NCBI GenBank assembly: GCA_051294375.1 | Contig: CM119267.1 | Coordinates: 1,123,601 to 1,187,600, forward strand | Source: Paraspadella gotoi | Taxonomy: Eukaryota; Animalia; Chaetognatha | Direction: 5' to 3' | Length of the DNA: 64,000 nucleotides | Shown here: piece by piece, positions 14,801 to 26,081 of the stretch | Position numbering within the stretch: position 1 is the first letter of the stretch | How the letters are laid out: each line of letters begins with the position of its first letter | The notes under the pieces: generated by a model | Told to the model about the DNA's origin: nothing | The model's database searches: none | The model's input: only the letters and a program-made list of their open reading frames with translations | Made by a program: the position numbers and the translations under genes

Positions 14801-16915
14801 CCTCCTCATTTTTAGATTCGAAATGGACTTTTGTTCTCCCGATGATTTTCTTCGCGACGACGAAGTCGCTCGTCATTTCCTGCGCGTCGTCTCGTCGTCG
14901 TCGTCGTCATCATCTTCACTCAAACTTCAGACTCTCGATCTCCTCATAGCAGATTATCTCTCTCGCCCCAACGCTACGTCGATTCGACGCCGCAAAATGG
15001 CCGCCATCTTGAACGCCGCAGCCCGACTTCCCGCCACGGCTCTCGTGAAATTGGGCGGCGTTCCTTGGGTCCTCGAAACCTACTTGGCGCGGAGAGGTCC
15101 GCCGGATTCTCTTCCCCCTCAAGACCTGGTCCGGACTTTTCTCCAACTCTGTCTCTCTCTGCCGCCGACGTCGCTGGTCTGCGACGACGCTGGCTTCCAA
15201 GAATCTCCCTTCTTCGCGGGTTAGATCAGTTATAATTCATGTTATTGAATGGCAGTGATAATAATATTAACAATATTAATAAAAATATATTTCCTTTGCT
15301 TGAATAGACCCGTCGCTGATTCGCGCTTTGAAAATCTTGTTGGTTGACATTGGAGACGATTCGTCAATGAGATGTTCCTTTCAGTTGGAAGAAGGTAATA
15401 TCCACCCAGAACCTTTAGAAAAAAACTTTTCTCTTAGTATTGAAACTGAGGGCGAAGGTCCGAAGGGTTTAGTTGAGTTAGCAGTGGTTGTAGGCGAGAT
15501 CTGTAGTCGGGCATTGCCTTGGTTTACCCCGCCTATAAGCATGACAACTGGTGAGATATCACGGGCATCACGCATATTAAAGATGGCTTTTCCGGCACCA
15601 GTAACTTGTGATTTATTTTAATTGAGATTTTAGTTTTTCAACCTATTTGCATATTGTAGCATTTTAGATTACATATCTTATTTTTTGATTCCGATTTCTT
15701 AGATGGTTTATTTTGTAATTTTAGGGATAATTTTAACTAATAATATAATATAATAATATTTACATATTTTATTGTAGTTTTGTAGTTTTACAAATGGAAA
15801 ATAACCAAATAAATCCTTCTCTGTTCCATTTTCTATTTCATCCTTCCAGATATTTCTTCTTTCCTCTCTTCCTCTCTTCTTCTTCTCTCCAACATCGACG
15901 ATTTGAGTCTCGATTCTCTTTCTCTTCTTTTTCCATTTTTGTCTCATGGAATCGAAACGGCGCCGCCCGCGATTCGACGCATTTTTCCCGTCGCGCGGCG
16001 TCATTCCAAGATTCTCTCCGAATTCCACGCGGCGCTGACGATGATCGACGGCGCCTATAAATCCGGCGTCGTCGAAAACGGCGCCATCCGGTCGAAAGTC
16101 AAAGCTTTGGCGCTGCTGTCGCGTCTGACAAGCGATGATGATCGACGCCGCTCTTCGATCGAGTCGACCTTCGTCGACTCCATCCACGAAACGTTGGATG
16201 CGCTCGATCTCCACGTCGACGCCGCCTCGATTCTCGTCCACGGGATTTTGGCAGAGTTCAACTCATTCGTTGATCTCTGCGACGACGAAGGCGCAGCTCT
16301 TCCTCATCTCGAGGATTTGACGAGGGTGTTGGGGGCGACGCTCGCGATCAAGTCGCCCGCCGAGTTCGGAGATCTCTTCACGCGGTGAGAATCGAGTCAA
16401 GAGGATCGTCCAAGTGTGCCTAGTGATAAGGAAGTCACGAGAAAACTTTTCAGGACATAGATAAATAATTGGCAGGAGCTTTTACTTGAAATCTCCCTCA
16501 ATTTCTCAGTAATGTTCATTATGATTATCCCATCATCGCGTCCAGGAAAGGCTTGAACGCCGCAGCCGCGGTATTCCCCAAGAGTCTCGTCAAGAGATCA
16601 CCCGTCGCTTTTATCCTTATCTGTGGAAGAATCTTTGCCACGGAAGCGGAAGACGTCAAGCGGAATTTAGAAGCGGAAGAATCGAAGCGAAACTCGAAAG
16701 CGGAGGATTTGAAGCAAAAACTTTTTCTTGGCAAAATCCTGAATCTGGTGACGGCGGCGTCGAAGCTGCTGCGGCTCGGCGGGATGGTCGATTCGACGGT
16801 CGCTACGGCGACGCGGCGGCTTTTTGACGATCTTGTTGAGACGGCGCCTGAACGTCTCAAGATCGAAACTCGCGATCTCTTGAGGAGAGAGATCGAAATG
16901 TTAAACTCTGGATGA
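2814..16915 (+). CDS. FANCA: Fanconi anemia group A protein homolog, about 20 exons
   Basis: Spliced exons at about 10912-12040 give MIAFLLARHASF..SYSEWF..FG..SKRSFGLLVKFLSQLVQFEP..LKTHLLHPP..DYSALAKTRLADLK and VMAATMFKKSYFHDHFLPALLRPRPTP..FVDALVKANKIP..Y..AC, which align by eye with conserved vertebrate FANCA blocks. The flanking exons join in phase through GT-AG introns and one GC-AG intron. Assignment of the terminal exons is less certain. Confidence 0.85.
4800..5990 (+). mobile_element. HINE/Helentron-like non-autonomous repeat (family also at about 48145-48990 and 50255-50450)
   Basis: T-run start, palindromic ATCGTCACAATCGC..GCGTTTGCGACGAT head, (GTC)n-like microsatellite and a long pyrimidine tract. 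The sequence at 4805-5400 closely matches 48146-48770. Confidence 0.55.
5320..9610. repeat. About 2.1-kb direct duplication (about 5320-7433 vs about 7475-9609) separated by a 25-N gap; probable assembly artefact
   Basis: The near-identical copies differ mostly by 1-nt indels and abut the gap at 7434-7458. Confidence 0.8.
6018..6272 (+). mobile_element. tRNA-promoter-containing solo-LTR-like element (Helenus/TRIM-like), family A; second copy at 8193-8446
   Basis: Termini TGTGG...CCATA, flanked by AAAG on both sides (clear in the 8193-8446 copy). Internal TGGCTCAGAGG (A box) and GTTCCATCC (B box). Multiple hairpins. Confidence 0.6.
12093..12840. mobile_element. Tc1/mariner-type MITE, 748 bp, in a FANCA intron
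   Basis: About 50-bp terminal inverted repeats (CAGAAGGCTTCATATTATAAAATGTGGTACCCCTTTTTTGTGACCAGAA, 1 mismatch), TA on both sides (12091-92, 12841-42), no ORF. Confidence 0.9.
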
Positions 16916-17032
16916 CTATTTATATTGTTGTTCTTTGTTAATTTTATTCCCTCTTGTTGCTCATTTATTTGTTATCACATTCACGATTTGTGTTGACTAT
17001 TTCCAGGCGTTAGTCCAACTTATATTCTCACA

Positions 17033-20000
17033 ATGAATCATGTCCTACAAAGATTTCACAAAGTCGCCAAAAAAAAGCAGAACTCGATCTGGGATCGAAT
17101 CGGTATCGACCCCAGAGACAAAAGCGAACAGAACCAAGAACCCGCCTTCTTCGCCGCCCTGTCTAAAGTCAATCGCAAAAAGACGATCAATGACAATCAC
17201 AAGGAGTGTGAAGCTGTGAAGAAAAGTCGCAATAATTACCAAATGGCCGAAACGGTTGTCTCTGCTAAACAAACTAGAAACCGTGACATCGACGGCTTCA
17301 TCCGTCGTTTGGAAATGAAACGCAACTCGAGTGTTGACAGAGTCAAGTCGTCCAAGAGATCAAAGCATGTCGATGGTCACTATTCAACCCAGAGTCCAAA
17401 ACTCGAATGTTGCCCAAATAATTTATCTAATGCTGGTTCTTTAGATGTCGGCGTCAAGAACATAAGCAAAACCCAGGGAAGTGAGATCGACAAATATCTC
17501 CGAGAAAGTGGCACAAAGAGACATCCTGCAAATAAATATTTTTTTACAAAGAAAAATGATGAATCGGATTGGAGCGACAGCAAACAAGAGGGTCGAACAC
17601 AAATGATTGGTGGAACCTTTGACCAGAAGAACAACATAAATTTTAAAACTCGTCGAGTTTTGAAGAAAGATGACCTTGCAATGCAAAGATGCGCTGATGA
17701 GACAAGAGGATCTTTTCGTCGCAGAATCGATTACAATTTTGAAACTAATCAGGATGGGAACTCTTTTTACCCTATGCCAATCAATAATCATCATCAAACT
17801 CAGCCGAGTAAATTTGAGGAAGCGCTTGATCGAATGAACCACCGCAACATCGAGACCCACAACGAATCGTTTGATCACATTTTTAAAACTCGATCAAATA
17901 AGACCCAAGGATATCCTAGACGGATTGAGAGACTGCAATCTAACATCAGACAGATCGACAGAGGTCTTGGTCGAACAGGGAGCCTCGAATATAACAGACA
18001 GATCGACAGTCTGACACCCAGCCTCGAATCTAACATCAGACAGATTGACAGATGTCTCGGTCGGACTGGCAGCCTCGATCTCGCTACTAGACGAGACTGG
18101 ATTGCAAAGAGGTCGAACGAAATCGATTCCAGCTCTAATTCAGACGGTTTCTTCGATCGAAGCCAGACCCACGAATCCCGCGCGAGTCGCCCGGATCGAA
18201 GGAACGATCGGGAACTTCTCATCAAGGATCCGATGACTCTGAGTAGAGATCAATATCGCAGGAAGATGAAGTTGAGAGAGAATCCGGATCTGATGGCGAT
18301 TAGGGTCGCGTCGAACCGGACAGACGGACACTCTAAACTAAGGGAGTTGTTAAAGGGAGAGAGGGGAAAGGGGAAAGCGGTGGAGGAAGCGACGAGGAAG
18401 CGAACCCACATTTCTAGGAAATCCGATTTTAATTTCGGACGAGATTCTGTTCGAGAAAGACGAAAAGATGGAACGACGATCGCCTCTCCGTTCGCCTTTC
18501 CCTTCGTCGAGACTGAAAGACCGCGTCCGGTCGAGTCTTTCTTTTCTTTGTCCGACGACGAAGAGACGACGACGACCTCGACGTCTCTCTTCTCCAGCTT
18601 CGTCTCCGAATCCTCACCCGCCATTGGTTCCTCCTTTCTGGCGCAAATGGCGACCAAGGCTCTTCGATCCAAAGGAAGACTCAACCATCGTCTCCAATTC
18701 CCGACGACCGATTTGTCTCGAATCTCGGAGGAGAGAGATTCGCAGTTGGAATCTGGATCCAACCGCGAGTTGGATTCCGTGAGAGAGTTGGACTCGATTC
18801 CGGAAATGGAATCGGCGCCGATCGGCGGAGCTTCGAACGACGTCGCTTGGGCGACGCCATCCGGCCAAGCTCTAGACTTTGACGGGATTTCCGAAGAGTT
18901 TTTCGGCGACGATGACGAGAGGCGGATGCTGGTGCCGGAAAGAGACGCCGGCGCGGGAGGCGGCAAGTCGATCTCGGTCGCCGGAAAAGCGACGGACGAA
19001 GAGGATTTTGGATTCGAAAAAGGAGATTTGATCTTGAATGTAAAACGTGAAAGCGAAGGATTCGTTGGTGAAGTTGAAAATGAAATTAGATTTAAAGATT
19101 TCAAAGATTTTAATCGAGGTTTTCAAGGTGACAAACCGGCCTTTGGAGACGACAAAGATGATAAAATTGAATGTGATAAGTTTAAAGCGGACTTCTATCA
19201 CAACGAAACGGCTTTCGACAGCGACAAAACAGATTTTAATTTTTTCGACGATAACTCATGCGATGTTGTCTTCTATGAGAATGGCAAAACGATTGCAGAA
19301 AATGTTTTGAGCGAAGACGATTTTGTAAACAAAGTCGACGAAAGCGTGAAAATATCAAGTGAACTCGATTCGAGAAAAAACGTGAAAAATCAGTCGTTTT
19401 GTTTCGCCGATTTTCACAATAAACGCGTTTCCGCAGAAATGGACGGAGAAAGTTATTGCGTGGGGGAAGATACTGGGTTTTTCGGGGAGGAAAGTCACTG
19501 TGTTGATCAAGTTTTGGATCCAATTAAAAAAAAGAGAGATGAATTGAAATTGAAATTGGAAGGATTTGGAAAAGAGTCGGACATTCGTTCTTCCGAGATT
19601 TCAAAAATCGGAGAATCAGAGGCGCTTCCCTTGAATGAGCAAGATATTCCCTTCTCTTGCAAGATCGGGTTCAGAACGAGAAACGACGACAACAACAACG
19701 ACAAAAGAGCAGATGAAAACGAGATTTCCGCTTCTCATCATCGAAGCGACGCGATCCTGGTCGATCGAAACTCGACCGAATCGGAGCGGACGTCAGATAA
19801 GGACGCTACAGAAACGCGGACGAATTATTCCATCTTTGGCGAAGGAAGAATTTTGCCAGAAGAGGCAAGCAACGAAGAGATTTTGGTTGAATCGGTCGGT
19901 CGGTCCGAGTGTCCATCGATTTGTCTGTCGGTCACTCGTCAATTGAAAAAGAGTAAAGGGGAAAAGAGAGAGGAAGTGAAAGACATAAATAACTCTGTAA

Positions 20001-21265
20001 ACGAAGCTCGGGCGAACAAAAGCGAAATCGCGTCTCGATCGTCAGAGATCGCGTTGCTAAACAAAAGTGCAATGGAATCGTTAGAGATCGCGTTCATTCG
20101 TTGTGATGAGAGGGCGAAGGATTCTGTGAAAAAAATAAGTGGTGAAGTTGGCTCTGGCGTGGAGGAATACGATTCTGCATCAGATAAAAAAGATCTCGGG
20201 CTTAATTTTGCAGGGCAATCAAATAATTATGAGTTTAATTCTGATAGTGAATTTAATTCCGAAGTGAATCAAAATAATGAAGGATTTAGATCTGCAGCGG
20301 ATAGTAGATTCATCTCAGCAGATGAGAAGGATGGTGGGCTTAGTTTTGCGGTCGTTCAAAAAGATTTTGGACAGAGTTCTGTTTGTGAATTCAATGTAAC
20401 AGTAGATCAACAGATCAACCCATTCAGTTCTGCAGTGGATCGAAATAGTGATGTCTCCAGTTCTGTAATGAACGAAGCCAAATCGAAAATTATCAGGAAT
20501 GAAACCATAAATCTTAATGAAGATAATAAGAAAGCTTGTTCTTTTAAACCGAAGTTGATCGATGTCAACAAGAAGAACGATAGCGAGATCGATTATAACG
20601 AGACCGATCCTCGTTCTTTAGTCCATCAATCTCCTCGACCAAAAAATCCAATCGTCGAATCCTCGCCGAAAAATCTAAATGAATTGGAAATAGTCGATGA
20701 TAAGAGTCAATCGAAATGTGATGAAGCTTTATTACATAAAACTGAAGAAAATTTAAATGATATTATTAACGAAAAATCGTTAGATTCTCACGATTTTTTG
20801 GAAAAAGAAAATCTCTTGAAATTCATCGATACAAATATAATCGATGAGGAAAATGAGGAGTCGAGTCTTTCTTCAGTAGAATTGATTCAATCAACCGAAG
20901 CGGTCTTTAATAAAAACGAAAATCAGAAACCGAATCATCCCACATTAGATAAATCGCATTTAACATTTTTCAACGATATCGCGTTGTGTCTCTATAAAAC
21001 CCATAAAACCTCTTCAACATCAGAAAATGAGACTCGGTTCAAAGTAACTAGCTGCAGAATTTCAGGAACTTCGCCCTTAAGATTCGATCCTCGCTCTCAA
21101 AAAGCTCCTTCACTCTCAAGGCTTAACTCTCATCCGTCTCCTTTGCTCTCAACGGACCCGGAAACCGCTAAAGAGACCAAAGCGACTTCAAACTTTCCGC
21201 TAAACGAGGACTTGTCGAGATTCGGCCAAGATCTGCCCTCCTGGATTTTTCAGTGGAAAATTTGA
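17033..21265 (+). CDS. Intronless 1410-aa low-complexity (S/N/D/E/K/R-rich) protein of unknown function
   Basis: 4.2-kb uninterrupted ATG-initiated ORF with internal repeats (SNIRQIDRxLGRTGSL twice). No domain recognised. Confidence 0.7.
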   Translation: MNHVLQRFHKVAKKKQNSIWDRIGIDPRDKSEQNQEPAFFAALSKVNRKKTINDNHKECEAVKKSRNNYQMAETVVSAKQTRNRDIDGFIRRLEMKRNSSVDRVKSSKRSKHVDGHYSTQSPKLECCPNNLSNAGSLDVGVKNISKTQGSEIDKYLRESGTKRHPANKYFFTKKNDESDWSDSKQEGRTQMIGGTFDQKNNINFKTRRVLKKDDLAMQRCADETRGSFRRRIDYNFETNQDGNSFYPMPINNHHQTQPSKFEEALDRMNHRNIETHNESFDHIFKTRSNKTQGYPRRIERLQSNIRQIDRGLGRTGSLEYNRQIDSLTPSLESNIRQIDRCLGRTGSLDLATRRDWIAKRSNEIDSSSNSDGFFDRSQTHESRASRPDRRNDRELLIKDPMTLSRDQYRRKMKLRENPDLMAIRVASNRTDGHSKLRELLKGERGKGKAVEEATRKRTHISRKSDFNFGRDSVRERRKDGTTIASPFAFPFVETERPRPVESFFSLSDDEETTTTSTSLFSSFVSESSPAIGSSFLAQMATKALRSKGRLNHRLQFPTTDLSRISEERDSQLESGSNRELDSVRELDSIPEMESAPIGGASNDVAWATPSGQALDFDGISEEFFGDDDERRMLVPERDAGAGGGKSISVAGKATDEEDFGFEKGDLILNVKRESEGFVGEVENEIRFKDFKDFNRGFQGDKPAFGDDKDDKIECDKFKADFYHNETAFDSDKTDFNFFDDNSCDVVFYENGKTIAENVLSEDDFVNKVDESVKISSELDSRKNVKNQSFCFADFHNKRVSAEMDGESYCVGEDTGFFGEESHCVDQVLDPIKKKRDELKLKLEGFGKESDIRSSEISKIGESEALPLNEQDIPFSCKIGFRTRNDDNNNDKRADENEISASHHRSDAILVDRNSTESERTSDKDATETRTNYSIFGEGRILPEEASNEEILVESVGRSECPSICLSVTRQLKKSKGEKREEVKDINNSVNEARANKSEIASRSSEIALLNKSAMESLEIAFIRCDERAKDSVKKISGEVGSGVEEYDSASDKKDLGLNFAGQSNNYEFNSDSEFNSEVNQNNEGFRSAADSRFISADEKDGGLSFAVVQKDFGQSSVCEFNVTVDQQINPFSSAVDRNSDVSSSVMNEAKSKIIRNETINLNEDNKKACSFKPKLIDVNKKNDSEIDYNETDPRSLVHQSPRPKNPIVESSPKNLNELEIVDDKSQSKCDEALLHKTEENLNDIINEKSLDSHDFLEKENLLKFIDTNIIDEENEESSLSSVELIQSTEAVFNKNENQKPNHPTLDKSHLTFFNDIALCLYKTHKTSSTSENETRFKVTSCRISGTSPLRFDPRSQKAPSLSRLNSHPSPLLSTDPETAKETKATSNFPLNEDLSRFGQDLPSWIFQWKI

Positions 21266-21440
21266 TTTGTTTCAGAGATGGAAAAAAATGAGAGACTGAA
21301 TCACTCATTTCAACAATTTCTGCCCGAATCAAATTCCTCTTTTTTTGTCACTCCTGATTCCATTTTTATGTTTTTTTGTTGTTCGCAAGATTCAAAATCT
21401 TCCTTTGGACAACAACCATCTCCCCCCCCCCTTGAGCGCC

Positions 21441-22718
21441 ATGATCGTCCTCCGCCGCGTCACCGCCTCCGCCCTCAACCTCTCAGCCGCGGCTCCCGTT
21501 TCTCCCGCAACCCCGGCGAAGCCCAGACATTTTTTCGTCGACGCGGAACGGCCCGTCGGGCTCGAGGACGAGAGCCCCGCGATCCGCTTGGGCCGCCGCC
21601 TCCTGATCCTTCGCTCCGAATTCGGAATCTCCGCTCCCGAGAATCCGTTTTTGGTGGCGACGACGGAGGAGGCGTTGGACGAGTTGGTCGACGGTCTCCT
21701 CTTGAAGGCGGACTTCGTCTCCGAAAAGGAAGAGGCAGAGTTGGTTGACGAATTGAATCCAGTTCTCAGAAAAATGAGGTAAGGGGGGGGAGGGTTAAGT
21801 TTTTGATGATTGAACCCATCTCTCACTCATTTTCTCTGGTTCACATTTCAAATGCTTTCTTGACTGCGTCCAACTTTCTAAAATTTAACAGCAGAAAAAG
21901 TTTCATCCACGAGTTTCGCTTTTATGAAAACATTTTTATCGCTTCTGATCTCAGGTACGAAAAAAGTCACTGGGACGACGCGATCCACGATTATCGCGAG
22001 ACAGAGAAGATAGAATGGCGCGAGGCCAACGCCGCCGTTGTTGAAAGGCTCAGGGCTTTTGCCTTCCGGGCCGAGTCGTCTAAGCCTTTGCCGCATGCTC
22101 ACATCTTGGACGTCTCTGAGAAAGGTGAGCTAATACTGAGATTATTGTGAGCTTATGATTTATCGATTCAACAATTTCATTTTATGTACGTCTTAAACAT
22201 AATTAAACTTAATCTTTGTCAATGTAATACAACAATATTGAACCTTCAGAATATTATATTATAAAATTATCCATACATTATAAAACACAAAATATGCAAA
22301 TGAGTTTGATGAACCTTATTACAAATTAATATATATCTTTTCCGATCATCACTTCAGGCTTCATCAAACCTCACGTGGACGCTGTACGGTTCTGCGGCGA
22401 CACCGTCGCTGGAATTTCGCTGCTTTCGGGTGATTTTCGTGCTGCTGCTGCTGCTGCTGCCGTTCATCATCAACCAATCCCCCCCCCCTTCCCTTTCCAG
22501 ATTCGGTGATGCGTTTCACCAAAGAGAAGGAGCCCTCTCTCTCCGGAGATCTACTCCTCCCACGTCGCTCCCTCTACGTGATGCGAGATGTCGCTCGTTT
22601 CCTCTACTCTCACGCCCTCTTGCCTGACGCCGACTCTTTCTTCAACGGAAACAAAATAAACAAAGGGCGACGAATATCGGTCATATGCCGGAACGCGCCC
22701 CTCCCCGGCGCCGGATGA
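21441..22718 (+). CDS. ALKBH7: Alpha-ketoglutarate-dependent dioxygenase ALKBH7, mitochondrial (exons about 21441-21778, 21955-22123, 22358-22428, 22501-22718)
   Basis: [47 protein letters not shown] (HxD), [15 protein letters not shown] and RRISVICR. Confidence 0.93.
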
Positions 22719-22914
22719 TGGATTTGGGGTCGATGCCGGGGCGGGGGGGGGGATCGAGGGGGGGGTTTGTTTCTACGGTTTATGCTATTTATTTCGCGTT
22801 TGACTTTGATCTAGAGCAAAATCGAAGAAGGCAGCTCGATCGAGTTGATGTCGTTTTTGTTAAAACTTTGTCTGTAAAGATCTCGATCTAAATAAAAAAT
22901 AAAATTCCATCGCG

Positions 22915-24196
22915 ATGGTCGTCGTAAGCGTGGGTTCTTTCGGCATCGAAGATTTCGGTCCTCCAACCGTGTTCGACGTCACGCTTCGTGGATCCAATGG
23001 AATCGCCGTCTATGCTCACAGTCACGTCCTCGCGCGTCGAGCCGAGTATTTCAAAAGCGCCTTCCGCTCGACTCTCGCGTCGGACAAAGAATTCAATTTC
23101 CCCGATTTGTCCGCCGGCGTCCTCGACTTTTTCCTCAGATTCGTTTACGAGGGTCGGGCCGAGGTGGGCGAGCTTCTCCTGATACCGGGGATCCGCGCGG
23201 GCGACTTCTTTCAGGCCAAAGATTTTATTGAGGCCTGCGAGACTCAACTCTGCCGTCTCTTGGTGGAAGACAAGAAGAGAGGTTTCGTGACGACGGAATC
23301 CTCGACTCGAATGATCAGATCCTTGGAATTGGGTTCGAGTCTTCGTCGTTACCGTTTGATGGCCTTCGCCAAGGAGGCCTTGATGAGGCATCTCCACCAG
23401 ACAGGCATGTTGGCCGATTTGACGGAAGACTGCAACGACTTCGACCTGATCGAGACCCTCTTCCGCCTGCTAGGGCTCGACATCGCCGTCAGGCTCAAGA
23501 AAGACCCTTCGTTTTTAAAGCAGGAATTTTGGAATGTTTTGTCGCGTCAATTCGAGGCTCTCAACTGGCGGGCGAGGATCGCTCTATCGGTGAGGAGAGA
23601 TCGCTGCGCCAGAGAGGCCTTCCGATTCCTTTCCACCTCCAATCTTAGTTGGGCAAGTTGCCTTATTTTTCCTATAGATTAAAACTAAAATGTCTTAATT
23701 AAAGCGAAATATATTTCAGTTTCAACAACCATTTTATTTACATGACGGACATGTTTTAATTCAAGCCTTCATTAGCGTTTTTAAACAGTGGTGAAAAATT
23801 GCAAAAATTACTTTCACAAACATTGAGTGTGAGAGAGATTGAATTGAATTGAATTTTAGAAATGGTCAATTTGTGAGGACCGGTTAAGTTTGGACAGAGA
23901 GAGATAAAGTGAGGGTATGGATCCGGGGGGGATATGTGTGATGCCTGGGGTGTGAGGCATCTCCCGACAGCTGGCGATCAGGGCTTTTGACCTGCAGTGA
24001 CCACCCCATGTCACTGACGTGTTTATGCCGATACCATCACACTTTAACCAGCGTGACCGTGAGGGGATTGAACCCGGAACTCACGGTTGGTGAACGAGTA
24101 CTTTACTGTCCAAGCCAATGGGACGAGCTGAGTTTCACCAAGTTATACGGGAGGCGAATTTAGCATTCGCCAAAAGGGAAAGAAAATGAAATTTGC

Positions 24197-24254
<58 letters not shown>

Positions 24255-25691
24255 ACACAATTTGGTGAATCTATTCATTAGGCAATGTACAACAATGATT
24301 TTGGAAATAAATATATAAACTTGACAAGTAAACTTAGAAATAAATACAGGGTAGTGAATCAAAAACTTAGAATAGCTTAACTAAAGAATTGAAGTCTAGT
24401 TGAAAAGTTGAAATTTAAATTTAGATGGTTAGGGATTGAATTAAAGCCGAAACATGTCCCTCATGTAATGATTAATAATTAATGATTAATGAATAACTTT
24501 GCCCAACTAATATCGCATCGTACGTCTCCCCCCAGACAGATTTTCGAAAACTCGATTTTTCGTGGCAGTGGGAAAAAAAGAGAGAATCATTTTACGACAA
24601 CGAGTCTCGAAAGATCGTCCAAGTTTTAACGGCCCGGCGCGTTTTTTGTTCCTGGGACGACACCTACGTCGCGCCCCCTCATCCAGACTCTGATTCCGGC
24701 GCCGACATCGTCTTCCGCCTCATCGATATTGTGAGCTGTAATGCTTGCTTCGTCGCCGCCGCCTACCGGATCCACTTCCCCAAGCCGCTCGAACCCAGCG
24801 ATTTTCTTCGCGCCGCCTTCTTTGGCGACTACGCCTTCGTAGCGACGAGAGACCGAAGATTTTACGTTGTGTCTCTGCTGAGGCAAAAGGTGATCGAATC
24901 TTTCGAGTTGAAGATCGACTTGACGGGCGACCCTTTCGTCGTTCTCATTCGGATCCGAGGAGGATTGGTCCTCGTCGACAATCGATATCTCGTCAACGAC
25001 AGGCGTTGGGTCCACGCCGTCTTTTGGTTCGACGTCTATGACCCCGAACGCCCGCGTCTCATCTCCAGATGGCGCAGCGATCCCGGCGACTATCAGATCT
25101 GTCTCGACTTCTTCGATCGTTTGCATGTGAATAGAGGGTTAACCCGGGTTAATTACTGATTTATTCCACTCTCGGTTAAAATGAGTTCAGTTTCTTTTTT
25201 ACCTTTGACACTTTCCGCAGTTAAATTTGGTCTCGAATTAGGTTGTTGACGGAAAACTCCGAGCGTGGATCCGCGATGCCGAACGCCATCTCGATCCGTC
25301 CGTCCGTCCGTTTTATCATCCCGCCGTCTCACCCGTGGGCTTGGAACTCGAGATCGCTCACATTCGCAACGGTTCGCTCATCGTCTCCGTCGACTATTCC
25401 GTCCAAGGAGGCGCGTCCGACCCGGTCTTCCGCAGGAATATTCCCTTTCCGAACCAGTTGATCTTTTTCAAAGGACCGCGCGACTCTTGCGCCGGATTTT
25501 TTCTTTTCCGCAACAAACTCATCGTCTTCGTCGTGGATTTGGCGGGAAATAATCTCCCAATAAAAAGATACCATCTTCGGACGGCAGTAGAGGAATTCCA
25601 AAGTCTCCTTTTATTCTTTAACGGCGAAGAAATGATTTTCGAGGAACCCAACGGTCGAGTTATTATGCTTCAAGGTAGCACTTTCATTTGA
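22915..25691 (+). CDS. BTB/POZ-domain protein, about 590 aa (exons 22915-23652, 24536-25126, 25242-25691)
   Basis: BTB motif DVTL..AHSHVLARRAEYFKSAF..FPDLS..LRFVY. A phase-0 GC donor (TGG|GCAAGT) joins in frame to a CAG acceptor at 24535 that has a CTAAT branch point. The downstream exons stay in frame and look beta-strand rich. Confidence 0.7.
23916..24174 (-). mobile_element. tRNA-promoter-containing solo-LTR-like element, family B
   Basis: Flanked by a 4-bp direct repeat AGGG (23912-15, 24175-78). On the minus strand it has an A box (TGGCTTGGACAG) and B box (GGTTCAATCCC). A related copy is at about 37859-38115. Confidence 0.65.
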
Positions 25692-26081
25692 CATCTCTCT
25701 CTCTCGCTATCTTTCTCACTTTCACTCTCGCTATCTTTCTCTCTTTCACTCTCGCGCGCGTGAGATTTAGAGAGAGAGACAGAGAGAGAGAGAGATAATC
25801 CGCAATGCTCATTTTTAAAACTATTTTATGTAGAAGTTATACGTTCTTTTTTTTATTGTTGAATGTTTTATATACAAGTATACATTTTATATTTGAAATG
25901 AAAAGTAGCGAAAAAGTTTTTTTTATTGTTTCAATACGTAATTTTGTACGTAATATGTATTTTTTTTTTCTTCAAAAGGTTTTGTTAAAAAAGCTAAAGT
26001 GAAATGTTCGTTTTTCTCGCCAAATATTAAACTCGTCTCAACATCTTCCTGGGCTGTGAAACCTTCCCTCGTCTCCTTCAG

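Noticed and set aside
24055-24125. tRNA gene on the minus strand (also about 6065-6120 and 49970-50037)
   Set aside because: Only A/B boxes are recognisable, with no complete cloverleaf, and each is embedded in a dispersed repeat.
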